From assembly GCA_050248855.1 (NCBI GenBank), contig JBFWRP010000007.1:76695-140694 (forward strand): a stretch of 64,000 nucleotides of DNA, read 5' to 3'. The stretch is from Planctomycetota bacterium. GTDB taxonomy: Bacteria > Planctomycetota > PLA2 > JAEUHO01. Each line of letters begins with the position of its first letter. The stretch's first letter is position 1. The notes below the pieces were generated by a model that did no database searches, was not told the origin of the DNA, and worked only from the letters and a program-made list of their open reading frames with translations. A program made the position numbers and the translations under genes. Positions 41,254 through 50,110 of this stretch are shown one piece after another.

Positions 41254-41389
41254 CGACTCGTAGCCGAGCTACTCGAGGAGCCGATGCGGGTGCGGGACCG
41301 AGCATCTGGCGAGCCGTCCGCCCGCACCTCGGGGGCTGAACGCTCGCCACCCCTTCCAGCATCGACCGATCCGGGGGAGCATCCGAGGC

Positions 41390-41869
41390 GTGAGCACCCC
41401 GCCCCCGCTCCCGCCGATCCGCCTGGCCGGGCTGGACGACGTGCCGGCCCTGGTGGCTGCCAACGTCGCCATGGCCCTCGAGACGGAGGGCAAGGCCCTG
41501 GACCCGGCCCGGGTGGAGCTGGGCGTGCGGGGCCTCCTCGAGCGTCCGGAGGCCGGCTTCTACCTCGTGGCGGCCGACGGCCAGGCCAGCGCCGGCTCGC
41601 TGATGGTCACGCCCGAGTGGACCGACTGGCGCAACGGCTGGTTCTGGTGGATCCAGAGCGTCTACGTGGCCCCCCCTTGGCGCGGCCAGGGGGTCTACCG
41701 GGCGCTCCACGAGGACGTCGAACGCCGGGCCCGGGAGCACGGGCGCGTCGTGGGGCTACGCCTCTATGTCGAGCGGGAGAACGAGGGCGCACGGCGCGTC
41801 TACGAGCGCCTGGGGATGACCGAGACGGCCTACCGCCTCTACGAAGTGGCCATCGGGCGCTCCGGGTAG
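41390..41869 (+). CDS. GNAT-family N-acetyltransferase
   Basis: GTG start. WWIQSVYVAPPWRGQGVYRALHEDVERRA (acetyl-CoA binding loop) and YERLGM. Confidence 0.8.
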   Translation: MSTPPPLPPIRLAGLDDVPALVAANVAMALETEGKALDPARVELGVRGLLERPEAGFYLVAADGQASAGSLMVTPEWTDWRNGWFWWIQSVYVAPPWRGQGVYRALHEDVERRAREHGRVVGLRLYVERENEGARRVYERLGMTETAYRLYEVAIGRSG

Positions 41870-41909
41870 GCTCCGCCTCCCAACCCCATTCCCACCAAGG
41901 AGGACTCCC

Positions 41910-42113
41910 ATGTCGGTCGGCAAGGTCATCGAAATCACGGCGAGCAGCGGCAAGAGCTTCGAGAAGGCCATCGAGAAGGGCATCGAGCGTGCCCACAAGA
42001 CCGTCAAGAACGTCCGCGGCGCGTGGGTCAAGGAAATGAAGGTCGCGGTCGTCGATGGCGTGATCACCGAGTACCGCGTGAACATGCAGGTCACCTTCCT
42101 GCTCGAGGAGTGA
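41910..42113 (+). CDS. dodecin-family flavin-binding protein
   Basis: 67 aa with an AAGGAGG SD. MSVGKVIEITASSGKSFEKAIEKGIERAHKTVKNVRGAWVKE...YRVNMQVTFLLE matches the dodecin pattern. Confidence 0.8.
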   Translation: MSVGKVIEITASSGKSFEKAIEKGIERAHKTVKNVRGAWVKEMKVAVVDGVITEYRVNMQVTFLLEE

Positions 42114-42347
42114 CCCCACGGGCAGGACCCGGAGCCGGAGACGATCGGAAACCTCGATGGATCCGTCGCGACGGATCGCCGCTTCCGGACACTCTCGTCA
42201 AGGTTCCATGAAGACGCCCTGGAACGTGGCTCTGGCAGGCGCGCGACTGCAAGGCATCATGGGCCCTCACGTCCCTCGAGGGAGGGACAGGGACCCCCCT
42301 CGCGCCGGCGCCGCCGGACCTGCGAGCACTTCCAAGGAGCATCACCC

Positions 42348-42482
42348 ATGCGCACCCTTCGTGCGTTCCTCGTCCTCGGGCTCGTGGCCGGCATGCTGGC
42401 CCTCTCCGGTTGCTGCGGCAGCCTCTGCGACGACCCCTGCGACGCGCCGGCTTGCGAGCCCTGCGCGAAGCCCTGCTGCTGA
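42348..42482 (+). CDS. 44-aa Cys-rich mini-lipoprotein (not in ORF track)
   Basis: AAGGAG 8 nt upstream of the ATG. MRTLRAFLVLGLVAGMLALSG|CCGSLCDDPCDAPACEPCAKPCC. 40/44 third positions are G/C. A terminator hairpin follows directly. Confidence 0.6.
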   Translation: MRTLRAFLVLGLVAGMLALSGCCGSLCDDPCDAPACEPCAKPCC

Positions 42483-42488
42483 TCGCCT

Positions 42489-42513
42489 GACCGCGCCTGG
42501 CGCGGTCTTGCTT
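42489..42513 (+). terminator. intrinsic terminator after the Cys-rich ORF
   Basis: GACCGCGCC-t-GGCGCGGTC palindrome followed by TTGCTT. Starts 7 nt after the stop. Confidence 0.6.
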
Positions 42514-42566
42514 CCCGACGGCGAGGTCCTCGCGGACCCCGCCGTCGTTCGTTTTGCCCCGCGCGC

Positions 42567-43484
42567 TCAAGGCGCGTGGGCCGCGACCTCCAGGGCTCGC
42601 CAGCCGACCGCCTCGATGGCCGGGTCGTCCGTGTCGCGGCCGTAGGGCACCAGCACGACGCCGTAGAAGAGCGCCTTCCACCGTGCGCGCGCCCACGCGA
42701 TCTCGTCGACGCCCCCGTACGCGGCCCGAAACGCGGCGTGCGACGACGTGGGCAAGAGCGTAAACGCGATCGAGAGATCCAGGGAGGGGTCGCCCTGGTG
42801 CGCATCGCCCCAGTCGATGACGCCCGCGAGCGCACCCCCGTCGTCGACGACGACGTGGCGCGGATACAGGTCACCGTGCACGAGGCACGAGGGCGGCGCC
42901 GGCAGGGCCTCGGGGTCCAGGGCTTCGAAGCGTCGGAAGGCCGCGTGGACACGCTCGTCGTCGCAGGCGGCGGCCAGCTCGGCGAAGCGTCGCTTCGTCA
43001 CCGGGGTGCGACGCACGAGGTCGGCGCGATGGATCGTGTCGCCGGGCGTCTTCGTGGGCAGCGGCGTGTCGTGCAGCGCGCGCAGGAAGCGCCCGAGGGG
43101 CGCCGCCCACGTCGCACGCACCTCGTCCTCCACCGCCACGCGACAGGCCGTGGTCCCCGGCAGCCACGACAGTCCGACGAAGGGCGCGGTCACGCCGTAC
43201 CCGGGCTGGCCGCGGAACAGCAGGCGCGGCACGGCGAGGGGGAGGCGGTCGTCGAGCGCGGGCAGGATCGCCGCCTCGGCCTCGAGCGTGGGGACGGCCA
43301 TGTGGCGGCGTGGAAAGCGGAAGACGTAGTCGTCGTTCACGCGCCAGATGTGGTGGTCCCAGCCGGGCACCAGGGCCGTCAGGCTGGCCGGGGCCAGCTC
43401 CGGGAAGGCGGCCTCGAGGGCGGCCCGGGCCGTGGCCTCGTCGAGGGGGATCTCCTCGGCCCAGGGTCGACGCGGATCCGGCAT
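42567..43484 (-). CDS. aminoglycoside-phosphotransferase (APH) family kinase
   Basis: Internal ATG of track ORF 42567..44396. CLVHGDLYPRHVVV and GVIDWGDA (the HxD...D catalytic/Mg motifs of the family). Confidence 0.75.
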   Translation of the reverse strand: MPDPRRPWAEEIPLDEATARAALEAAFPELAPASLTALVPGWDHHIWRVNDDYVFRFPRRHMAVPTLEAEAAILPALDDRLPLAVPRLLFRGQPGYGVTAPFVGLSWLPGTTACRVAVEDEVRATWAAPLGRFLRALHDTPLPTKTPGDTIHRADLVRRTPVTKRRFAELAAACDDERVHAAFRRFEALDPEALPAPPSCLVHGDLYPRHVVVDDGGALAGVIDWGDAHQGDPSLDLSIAFTLLPTSSHAAFRAAYGGVDEIAWARARWKALFYGVVLVPYGRDTDDPAIEAVGWRALEVAAHAP

Positions 43485-43613
43485 CGGTGCGTTCGCGCCT
43501 CCAGCGGTCCGGTTCTTGCGTACGTGGTCGGGGCCCGAGGGCGGGGCGCGCCGACCGCCGCCCTGCCCCGGTCCGCTTCTACCCTGGACGTCGCCTTTGG
43601 AGGACGCCCCCCC

Positions 43614-44441
43614 GTGATCCGCACCGCCTTCCTCCTGACCTTGCTGACGATGCTGCTCGTGTTCGTCGGTCGCCTCGTCGGCGGCCAGAACGGCATGATC
43701 ATCGCTCTGGCCATCGGCCTCGTGCTGAACTTCGTCAACTTCTGGTTCAGCAGCAGCATCGTGCTGAAAGTCCACGGCGCGAAGATCCTCGAGCCCGGCG
43801 AGCTGCAGTGGCTTCAGGACGACGTACGGGAGATGGCCGCCAAGGCCGGCATGCCGATGCCGAAGGTCGCCTACATCGCCAAGTCGGCGCCCAATGCGTT
43901 CGCCACGGGCCGCAACCCGGAGCACGCGGTCGTTGCCGTCACCCAGGGGCTGCTCGACATCTGCGACCGACGCGAGGTGCGTGCCGTCATGGCGCATGAG
44001 CTGGGCCACGTGCGCCACCGTGACATGCTCACGATGACGCTGGTTTCCGGCGCCGTGTCCGCCATCGGCATGCTGGCCATGATCGCCCGCTTCGGCGCCT
44101 TCTTCGGTGGCCGCGACGACGAGGACAGCAGCCCCGTCGGCATGCTCGTGGTGGCCCTCCTGGCCCCGCTCATGGCCGCCCTGGTCCAGATGGCCATCAG
44201 CCGGGCGCGCGAGTACGAAGCCGACCGCGGCGGCGCCGAGCTGTCCGGTGACCCCGAAGCCCTGGCCAGCGCGCTCGAGCGCCTGCACGCGGGCATCCCG
44301 CAGCGGCCGCCGCTGTCCTCCACGGGCGCCACGGCGCACATGATGATCGCCAACCCGTTCTTCGGGATGAGCCTCGGGCAGCTGTTCTCGACGCACCCGG
44401 ACCCCCGCGAGCGCATTCGCCGCCTACGGGCCATGGCGTAG
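43614..44441 (+). CDS. htpX: M48 zinc metalloprotease HtpX
   Basis: GTG start with GGAGG upstream. HELGHV zinc motif, EYEADRGGA, STHPDPRERI, four TM helices. Confidence 0.9.
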   Translation: MIRTAFLLTLLTMLLVFVGRLVGGQNGMIIALAIGLVLNFVNFWFSSSIVLKVHGAKILEPGELQWLQDDVREMAAKAGMPMPKVAYIAKSAPNAFATGRNPEHAVVAVTQGLLDICDRREVRAVMAHELGHVRHRDMLTMTLVSGAVSAIGMLAMIARFGAFFGGRDDEDSSPVGMLVVALLAPLMAALVQMAISRAREYEADRGGAELSGDPEALASALERLHAGIPQRPPLSSTGATAHMMIANPFFGMSLGQLFSTHPDPRERIRRLRAMA

Positions 44442-44516
44442 CTGCCCCGCACCCGCGGCCCTGGCCTGACGTTCATGATGGGAGAGGCGTCCGCCTTCGA
44501 GCGGGCGCCGGGTCCC

Positions 44517-47060
44517 ATGAAGCTCGCGCGGTCGTTCCCCTCCGCTTGCCTCGCCCTCGCTCTCCTGCTGGGCGGCGCCGCGCCGCAGGCTGCGGCCCAG
44601 GACCCCACGCCGAAGGACGCTGCCGAGCGAGGTGTGCGCGAGGCCGAGCGGCTCCTGAAGCGCCCGGGGCCATGGGCGCCGGAGCTGGTGCAGGCACTCG
44701 ACGAGGTGCTCGATGCCCATGACGCCGCGCTGGACGCAGGCGGGCCTGGTCTCTCGGGGCTCCAGCGCGCCGTCCACGCGTTCGTCCTGGATGCGCTCGT
44801 GACCGAGCGCACGACCTCCGGCTCCAAGGCCAACCTCCGCTTGCCCGTGCAGCTCGCCGCCGCGCGCGCGTTGGGGCGACTGGACGTGTCGCGCATCCAT
44901 GCCTTCCTGCCGACCGTCGAGCGTCTGCTCTTCGACGAGGGAGGCGCAGAGGTGCCGCCAGCCGTGTACGAGGCCGTGTTCCACGCGGTGGCGCGCGACA
45001 TGGGCGACGAGGGGGCCCGCTGGCTGATCGAACGCGCGGTGCACCCCGACGCCACCGAGAAGCGCACGGCGCGCGCCCACGCGGCGCTCCGCGAGCTGGG
45101 CGACACCGCGGAGCGCCTCCCGGGCCCTCTGCGCCAAGCCGCCATCGACCGCTTCATCGACGTGTTCCAGTCGTACGAGTACCACTGGGTCGACAAGATG
45201 GAGGCCGTCGCGGGCTTCCGCGGCGGCTCGATCCGTTTCCGGCAGGCAGCCTCCAACAACCGTCCCTACTGGCTGCAGCTGCGCCCCGTGCTCTTCGAGA
45301 CCATGCGCCGCCTCGGAACGGACGCGCGCTCCGGGGAGGTGCCCCGAACGCCCGAAGGCGAGGAGCTCGCGACCATCGCGGACTGGGGCAACTGGAACCT
45401 GCGCCGGCGCATCACGACCGGCGCGCCCTGGCTGCCCGCGGAAGGCGACGACGGGACACGCCGCCTGGCCGACGTGGCCGACCGCCCCGTGCGCCCGTTC
45501 GCCGACATCTGGGTGCGCCAGTACGGCGAACCCTGGACGGGGGAGTACGCGCGAACGCGTGCCGATCTCGAGCTGCCCCTGGACGTGCAGGGCTTGGCGC
45601 TCCCGGCGCGCGCTCGACTTGCGGCGACGTGGCTGCCTGCGTGGCGCGAAGCATGGGCGGAGGACCCGGCCCCCGAAGTGCGCGCGGCCGCGCTTGCTGC
45701 CTACGGCCGCGAAGGGAACCCTGCGGCGCGCACCCGCCTGCTTGCGGCCCTCCTCGGCGATCCCTCGCCGCGCGTGCGCGAGGCCGCTGCGTTGGCCTTG
45801 GTCGGCCTGCCACCCGAGCCGGGCATCGTGATCGCGCTGCGGCGCGTGCTCGGTGACGCCGGACGCCCGCTGCGCGAGCGCTCCTACGCGCTGCTGGCGC
45901 TGGGCGCGCAGGGCGACACCGAGACCCTGACCGCGTTGTTGCGTGCGCCGCTGCCGCGCTCGCGCGCCGAGGCCCGCGTGTCGGAGGACCTGCGCGTGAT
46001 GGCGCTTCGCGCGCTTGCGGCGTTGCCCGGCGACGATGCCACCGCGGACCTGGAAGACGTCGTCCGCGAGGTCCTCGTCGATCGCGACGCGCCGCTCGCC
46101 CTGCGCGTCGCGGCCGGCTGCACGCTCGCCGAGCTGGGCTCGGCCCGCTCGCGCGGTGTCGTGGCCGCCTTGCTCGAGGAGGCGGCGGAGGAACGGCTCG
46201 ATCCGTCGCTGTCGATCGCCGTGCTCGCCGCAGCGCCACGTACCCTCGCGGACGATCCCGAGGCCGCCGCGCGGATCGAGCGTGTGGCCGCCCGACGCCG
46301 CACGCCCTTCGCGGGAGTGCGCATCGCGGCCGCGGCCGCGTTGGCCGAGCTGGGTGGACCCGCCGCGGAAGCGGCGCTCGTCCGCCTCTGGCACGACCTG
46401 TCGGAGGACACCTCGCAGGTGGTGGCGTGGGGCCCCGCACTCATGGCCCTAGCCCGCTCCACCGGGGACGCCGCACGCACCACGTTCCAGGTGGCGCGTT
46501 CCGACATCGACCACGAGCTGGACCGGGGCGCGTTGCTCATGGCCGCCGCCCGTCGCGGCCTCGTGGCCAACCTGGAGATCGAGGAAGTGCGCGCGATCCG
46601 CGATGCGCGCTTCGAGCTGATCGGCCCCGGGCTGCTGATGCTGGCCTGGCTCCGCGACAGCCGCGGGCCCATGATCCAGCGCGCCGCGCTGGACCGCGAG
46701 GCCGCGGGCGACGTGATCGTGCACGCGGCCTGGGCCGACGTGGTGCGCGATCCGGCCACCGCCACGGCGGGCCTGCTCGACGCGTGGCAGCGCGCCCGCG
46801 GCCCCGACGAGCGGGACGCGATCTCGCAGGCGTGGCGTCACGCACCGTCCGAAGAGGGAATCACCTTCCTGGCCGGCATCGCCCGCTCCTCGCGCGCTCG
46901 CGCCGACGTCCGCGCCCAGGCGGTGCTGACGTTGGCCCGCATGGCCTGGCCGGACGTCCGCGACCCGTGGTCGAAGTGGGCCGAGCACGTCGTGCCCTAC
47001 GTCCATGTACCCGCGTGGACGGCCGTGGCGCGGTGGCGCGAGGCGGCCTTCCTCGAGTAG
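44517..47060 (+). CDS. secreted HEAT-repeat protein
   Basis: Internal ATG (MKLARSFPSACLALALLLGGAAPQAAAQ is a signal peptide). Repeated D.S.RVREAAALALVGL-type HEAT/PBS-lyase motifs. Confidence 0.65.
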   Translation: MKLARSFPSACLALALLLGGAAPQAAAQDPTPKDAAERGVREAERLLKRPGPWAPELVQALDEVLDAHDAALDAGGPGLSGLQRAVHAFVLDALVTERTTSGSKANLRLPVQLAAARALGRLDVSRIHAFLPTVERLLFDEGGAEVPPAVYEAVFHAVARDMGDEGARWLIERAVHPDATEKRTARAHAALRELGDTAERLPGPLRQAAIDRFIDVFQSYEYHWVDKMEAVAGFRGGSIRFRQAASNNRPYWLQLRPVLFETMRRLGTDARSGEVPRTPEGEELATIADWGNWNLRRRITTGAPWLPAEGDDGTRRLADVADRPVRPFADIWVRQYGEPWTGEYARTRADLELPLDVQGLALPARARLAATWLPAWREAWAEDPAPEVRAAALAAYGREGNPAARTRLLAALLGDPSPRVREAAALALVGLPPEPGIVIALRRVLGDAGRPLRERSYALLALGAQGDTETLTALLRAPLPRSRAEARVSEDLRVMALRALAALPGDDATADLEDVVREVLVDRDAPLALRVAAGCTLAELGSARSRGVVAALLEEAAEERLDPSLSIAVLAAAPRTLADDPEAAARIERVAARRRTPFAGVRIAAAAALAELGGPAAEAALVRLWHDLSEDTSQVVAWGPALMALARSTGDAARTTFQVARSDIDHELDRGALLMAAARRGLVANLEIEEVRAIRDARFELIGPGLLMLAWLRDSRGPMIQRAALDREAAGDVIVHAAWADVVRDPATATAGLLDAWQRARGPDERDAISQAWRHAPSEEGITFLAGIARSSRARADVRAQAVLTLARMAWPDVRDPWSKWAEHVVPYVHVPAWTAVARWREAAFLE

Positions 47061-47096
47061 TCCGCTGCACGGGAGCGGCCCACGGCCCGTGCCGGG

Positions 47097-47102
47097 TACG
47101 CT
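47097..47102 (+). promoter_or_regulatory. -10-like box TACGCT, 6 nt upstream of ATG 47109 (leaderless-type)
   Basis: TACGCT-cgcgcc-ATG. Confidence 0.45.
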
Positions 47103-47108
47103 CGCGCC

Positions 47109-50075
47109 ATGCTGCTCCGAACGCTTCTCCTGACCGTCCTCCTCGTGCCTCTTGCCATGCCCGCGCCGGTAGGCGCGGAGGACGAGGCGCCGGCCACGTA
47201 CACCCCGGACGAGCTGGCCGCCCTGGACCGTGCCCTCGATGCGGCCAACCTGACGCGCGAGGACCTGCGCTTCGAGAAGGACCTGGCGCAAGGGCATGCG
47301 TGCCTCGAGCGCGTGCGGGCACTGTTGCGCGACCCGCTGGAGATCGCGCCGACGATCGATGCGCTCGCGGCCCGGTTGCGCCCCGACAGCGACGACGTGC
47401 TGTCGCCAGGGGTCGTGTTGCAGCAAGCACGTGACCTGCTCGATCTTCCGGCAGTCGAGCGCGATCGCGCCGCGCCGCCGCCAGCCCCTACGTCTCCGGA
47501 GGCCGCGCTGGCGCGGCTGGCCGAGCTGGTAGGGGAAGACCTGGAGCCCCTCTTCGCCCCCGTCGGCGACGACGACGTCGCGCGCCAAGCAGTGCGTCGG
47601 TACCTGCCGGAGCAGATGGCGTGGCACGAGGTGTTCGGCTCGCCGCTCGACGCGGAGGCCGAAGCGGCGGTGAAAGCGTGGCGCGAGGGCCAACCCGAGA
47701 GCTGGCTGCACGACCGGCTGGTCCGGTTGGACGTGGGCGGCGTGCTGCTGGCGGCCGACGCGATCCTGCTCGACACGCTCGACGAGGTGCTGTCGTGGCC
47801 CGCGGCTGCCTACCCGCTGGACGCCGCGCTCGTCCTCGAGACGCCGCACGGCCGCATCGGCCTGGGCACGGCGGACGACGACGTGTGGACCGGCGACTTC
47901 GCCGCGATCGTCGATCCCGGCGGGAACGACCGCTACGTCGGGGGGCGCATGGGCGCCGCCAACGGCCTGCCGGGGCAGCGCATCGGCCTCTTGATCGACC
48001 GGGGCGGGGACGACGTCTACGACACCCCGGACGTGGACCTCACGCTGGGCAGTGCCGTCCTGGGCATCGCCCTGCTGGCCGACCTGGGGCTCGGCAACGA
48101 CCGCTACAGCGCGGGGCACGGGAGCCTGGGCGCGGCGATGGGCGGCGTGGGCATCCTCGTGGACGACGGCGGGAGCGACACGTACGAGGGCAAGGCGTAC
48201 ACGCAGGGGGCCGCGGGCTTCGGCGTGGGCGCCCTGCTCGACATGGGCGCCAGTCGCAAGCCCGTGCTGTCGCGCGACGAGGGCACGCCGGATCCCGTCA
48301 ACATCGGCGCGTTCGACAACGACCGCTTCACGGCGTGGTCCTCGGCCCAGGCTTTCGCCCGCTGCCGCGGCATCGCCTTGCTCGTCAACGCGCGGGGCAA
48401 CGACCGCTACGAGGCGGGGGGCGTGTACCTGCACGCACCGCTGTTCGCCGACCGCTACCAGTCGTTCTCGCAGGGCTTCGCCATCGGCGAGCGGGGCGTG
48501 GACTACGCCGGGGGCGTCGCGCTGCTGGCCGACTTCGACGGCAACGACCGCTACCTCGGCGACATCTACAACCAAGGCGTGGGCTATTGGTACGCGGCGG
48601 GGCTGCTCTACGACGGCGGTGGCAACGACCTCTACGAGATGACGCAGTACGGCCAGGGCAGCGGCATCCACTTGGCCGTCGGCGGCCTCGTGGACGAGAG
48701 CGGCAACGACACCTACGTCATGCACAGCGGCCTGGGCCAGGGCGGCAGCCACGACTACGCGGCCAGCGTCCTGCACGATCGCGGCGGCAACGACCGCTAC
48801 CTCGGTAGCACCTCGTGCAACGGCTGCGGCCTGACCAACAGCGTAGGGCTGCACCTGGACCGCAGCGGCGACGACATCTACGGGGCGCGGCGCGAGGGCG
48901 GGATCAACACGGGACGCCCCGCGCGGGGCTTCGGCAGCATCGGCGTGCTCGTGGACCTCCTCGGCAAGGACGACTACCTGGGCGTCATGGCCGACGACAC
49001 GGGGTGGATGCACACGGACGTCGGCGTGGGCCTGGACCTGACGCCGCCCGCACCCGACGAGGAGACGCCCACGGCCCCCACCACGCCCGAGGAGGGCGAG
49101 CAAGCCCCGCTCCCCCCCATCTGCACCTACGAGGGCGAGCTCACGGACGCCGTCTTCGACGCGCTCTGGAAGGTCGCCATCCGCTGGGAGGTCGGCGACA
49201 ACCGCCACATCGTGCCCGTGGCCCGCACGCGCATCGCGGCCTTCGGCCCGGACGTGCTGCCGCACATCGACCGCGTGTTCGGCCAGAGTGCCAGCGGTCT
49301 CGAGATCCGCGGCTTCGTCGGCGTGTTGCGGCTCTTGGTGGACGCCGGGCACGAGGACGCCGTGGCCGACGTGCTGCGCAAGAACCTCGCGCACGACGAC
49401 GCCACGCGCTCCACCGGCGCGCTGGCCACGTTGGCCGACTTGAAGCTGGCCTCGCTCGCACCGGACGTGGCCCAGCTGCTCGAGAGCTCGGACCGCCGTC
49501 GTGCGCGGCGCGCTGCGGGCGTCCTGAAGGCACTGTCGAGCGACGCGGGGCGCGAGGTCCTGCTCACGTGGCTCGAGCCCGAGGGCGACGAGCGCGACGT
49601 GGCCGCCGCGCTGGACGCCCTGCTGGGCACGGGGGCCGACGTCTACGACGCGGTGCGACCCTTGCTCGTCCACCCCCACCTCTCGGTTCGCGGGCGCTTG
49701 GTGGGGCTGCTCGCAGCGCGGCCCGACGACTACCTGGCGCACGTGCAGGAGGACTGGCGTGATGCATCGCTGGCGCGACGCGTCCGGCGCACGCTGTACC
49801 AGGTGCTCGTGCAGACGGAGCAAGCGGTCCCTTCCGAGCGCGACCTACGGCGTCTGGACGACGACCTCAGGAGCGACGATCCCGGGCTGCGCGCCGACGC
49901 CGCGCGCTTGCTGCGCGCATGGGGCGAGCGGGAAGCGATGAACCCCACGGAAGCGGTGCAGGACAAGCTCGAAGACATGGAACGGCTTCTGCAGAGCGAG
50001 GCGGACCCGTTCGTACGGGCCGCGCTGCGCAGCGACCGTGGCGGGCAGGGGGCAGGCCAGCAAGGTAGAAAGTAG
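47109..50075 (+). CDS. secreted protein with 12 x ~27-aa G-N-D-x-Y repeats and C-terminal HEAT repeats
   Basis: Signal peptide MLLRTLLLTVLLVPLAMPAPVGA. Motifs GGNDRY, GGDDVY, GNDRY, GSDTY, DNDRF, GNDRY, GNDRY, GNDLY, GNDTY, GNDRY, GDDIY, GKDDY. A Pro-rich linker is followed by HEAT-like repeats. Confidence 0.65.
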   Translation: MLLRTLLLTVLLVPLAMPAPVGAEDEAPATYTPDELAALDRALDAANLTREDLRFEKDLAQGHACLERVRALLRDPLEIAPTIDALAARLRPDSDDVLSPGVVLQQARDLLDLPAVERDRAAPPPAPTSPEAALARLAELVGEDLEPLFAPVGDDDVARQAVRRYLPEQMAWHEVFGSPLDAEAEAAVKAWREGQPESWLHDRLVRLDVGGVLLAADAILLDTLDEVLSWPAAAYPLDAALVLETPHGRIGLGTADDDVWTGDFAAIVDPGGNDRYVGGRMGAANGLPGQRIGLLIDRGGDDVYDTPDVDLTLGSAVLGIALLADLGLGNDRYSAGHGSLGAAMGGVGILVDDGGSDTYEGKAYTQGAAGFGVGALLDMGASRKPVLSRDEGTPDPVNIGAFDNDRFTAWSSAQAFARCRGIALLVNARGNDRYEAGGVYLHAPLFADRYQSFSQGFAIGERGVDYAGGVALLADFDGNDRYLGDIYNQGVGYWYAAGLLYDGGGNDLYEMTQYGQGSGIHLAVGGLVDESGNDTYVMHSGLGQGGSHDYAASVLHDRGGNDRYLGSTSCNGCGLTNSVGLHLDRSGDDIYGARREGGINTGRPARGFGSIGVLVDLLGKDDYLGVMADDTGWMHTDVGVGLDLTPPAPDEETPTAPTTPEEGEQAPLPPICTYEGELTDAVFDALWKVAIRWEVGDNRHIVPVARTRIAAFGPDVLPHIDRVFGQSASGLEIRGFVGVLRLLVDAGHEDAVADVLRKNLAHDDATRSTGALATLADLKLASLAPDVAQLLESSDRRRARRAAGVLKALSSDAGREVLLTWLEPEGDERDVAAALDALLGTGADVYDAVRPLLVHPHLSVRGRLVGLLAARPDDYLAHVQEDWRDASLARRVRRTLYQVLVQTEQAVPSERDLRRLDDDLRSDDPGLRADAARLLRAWGEREAMNPTEAVQDKLEDMERLLQSEADPFVRAALRSDRGGQGAGQQGRK

Positions 50076-50110
50076 GGCTCCGCCTGTTCTTCCCCCCTGG
50101 AGGTCCTCCC

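Noticed and set aside
46449-49823. 1124-aa minus-strand ORF
   Set aside because: It is antisense to two plus-strand genes with signal peptides and regular repeat structure. Its composition is dominated by Arg/Ala/Gly/Val/His.
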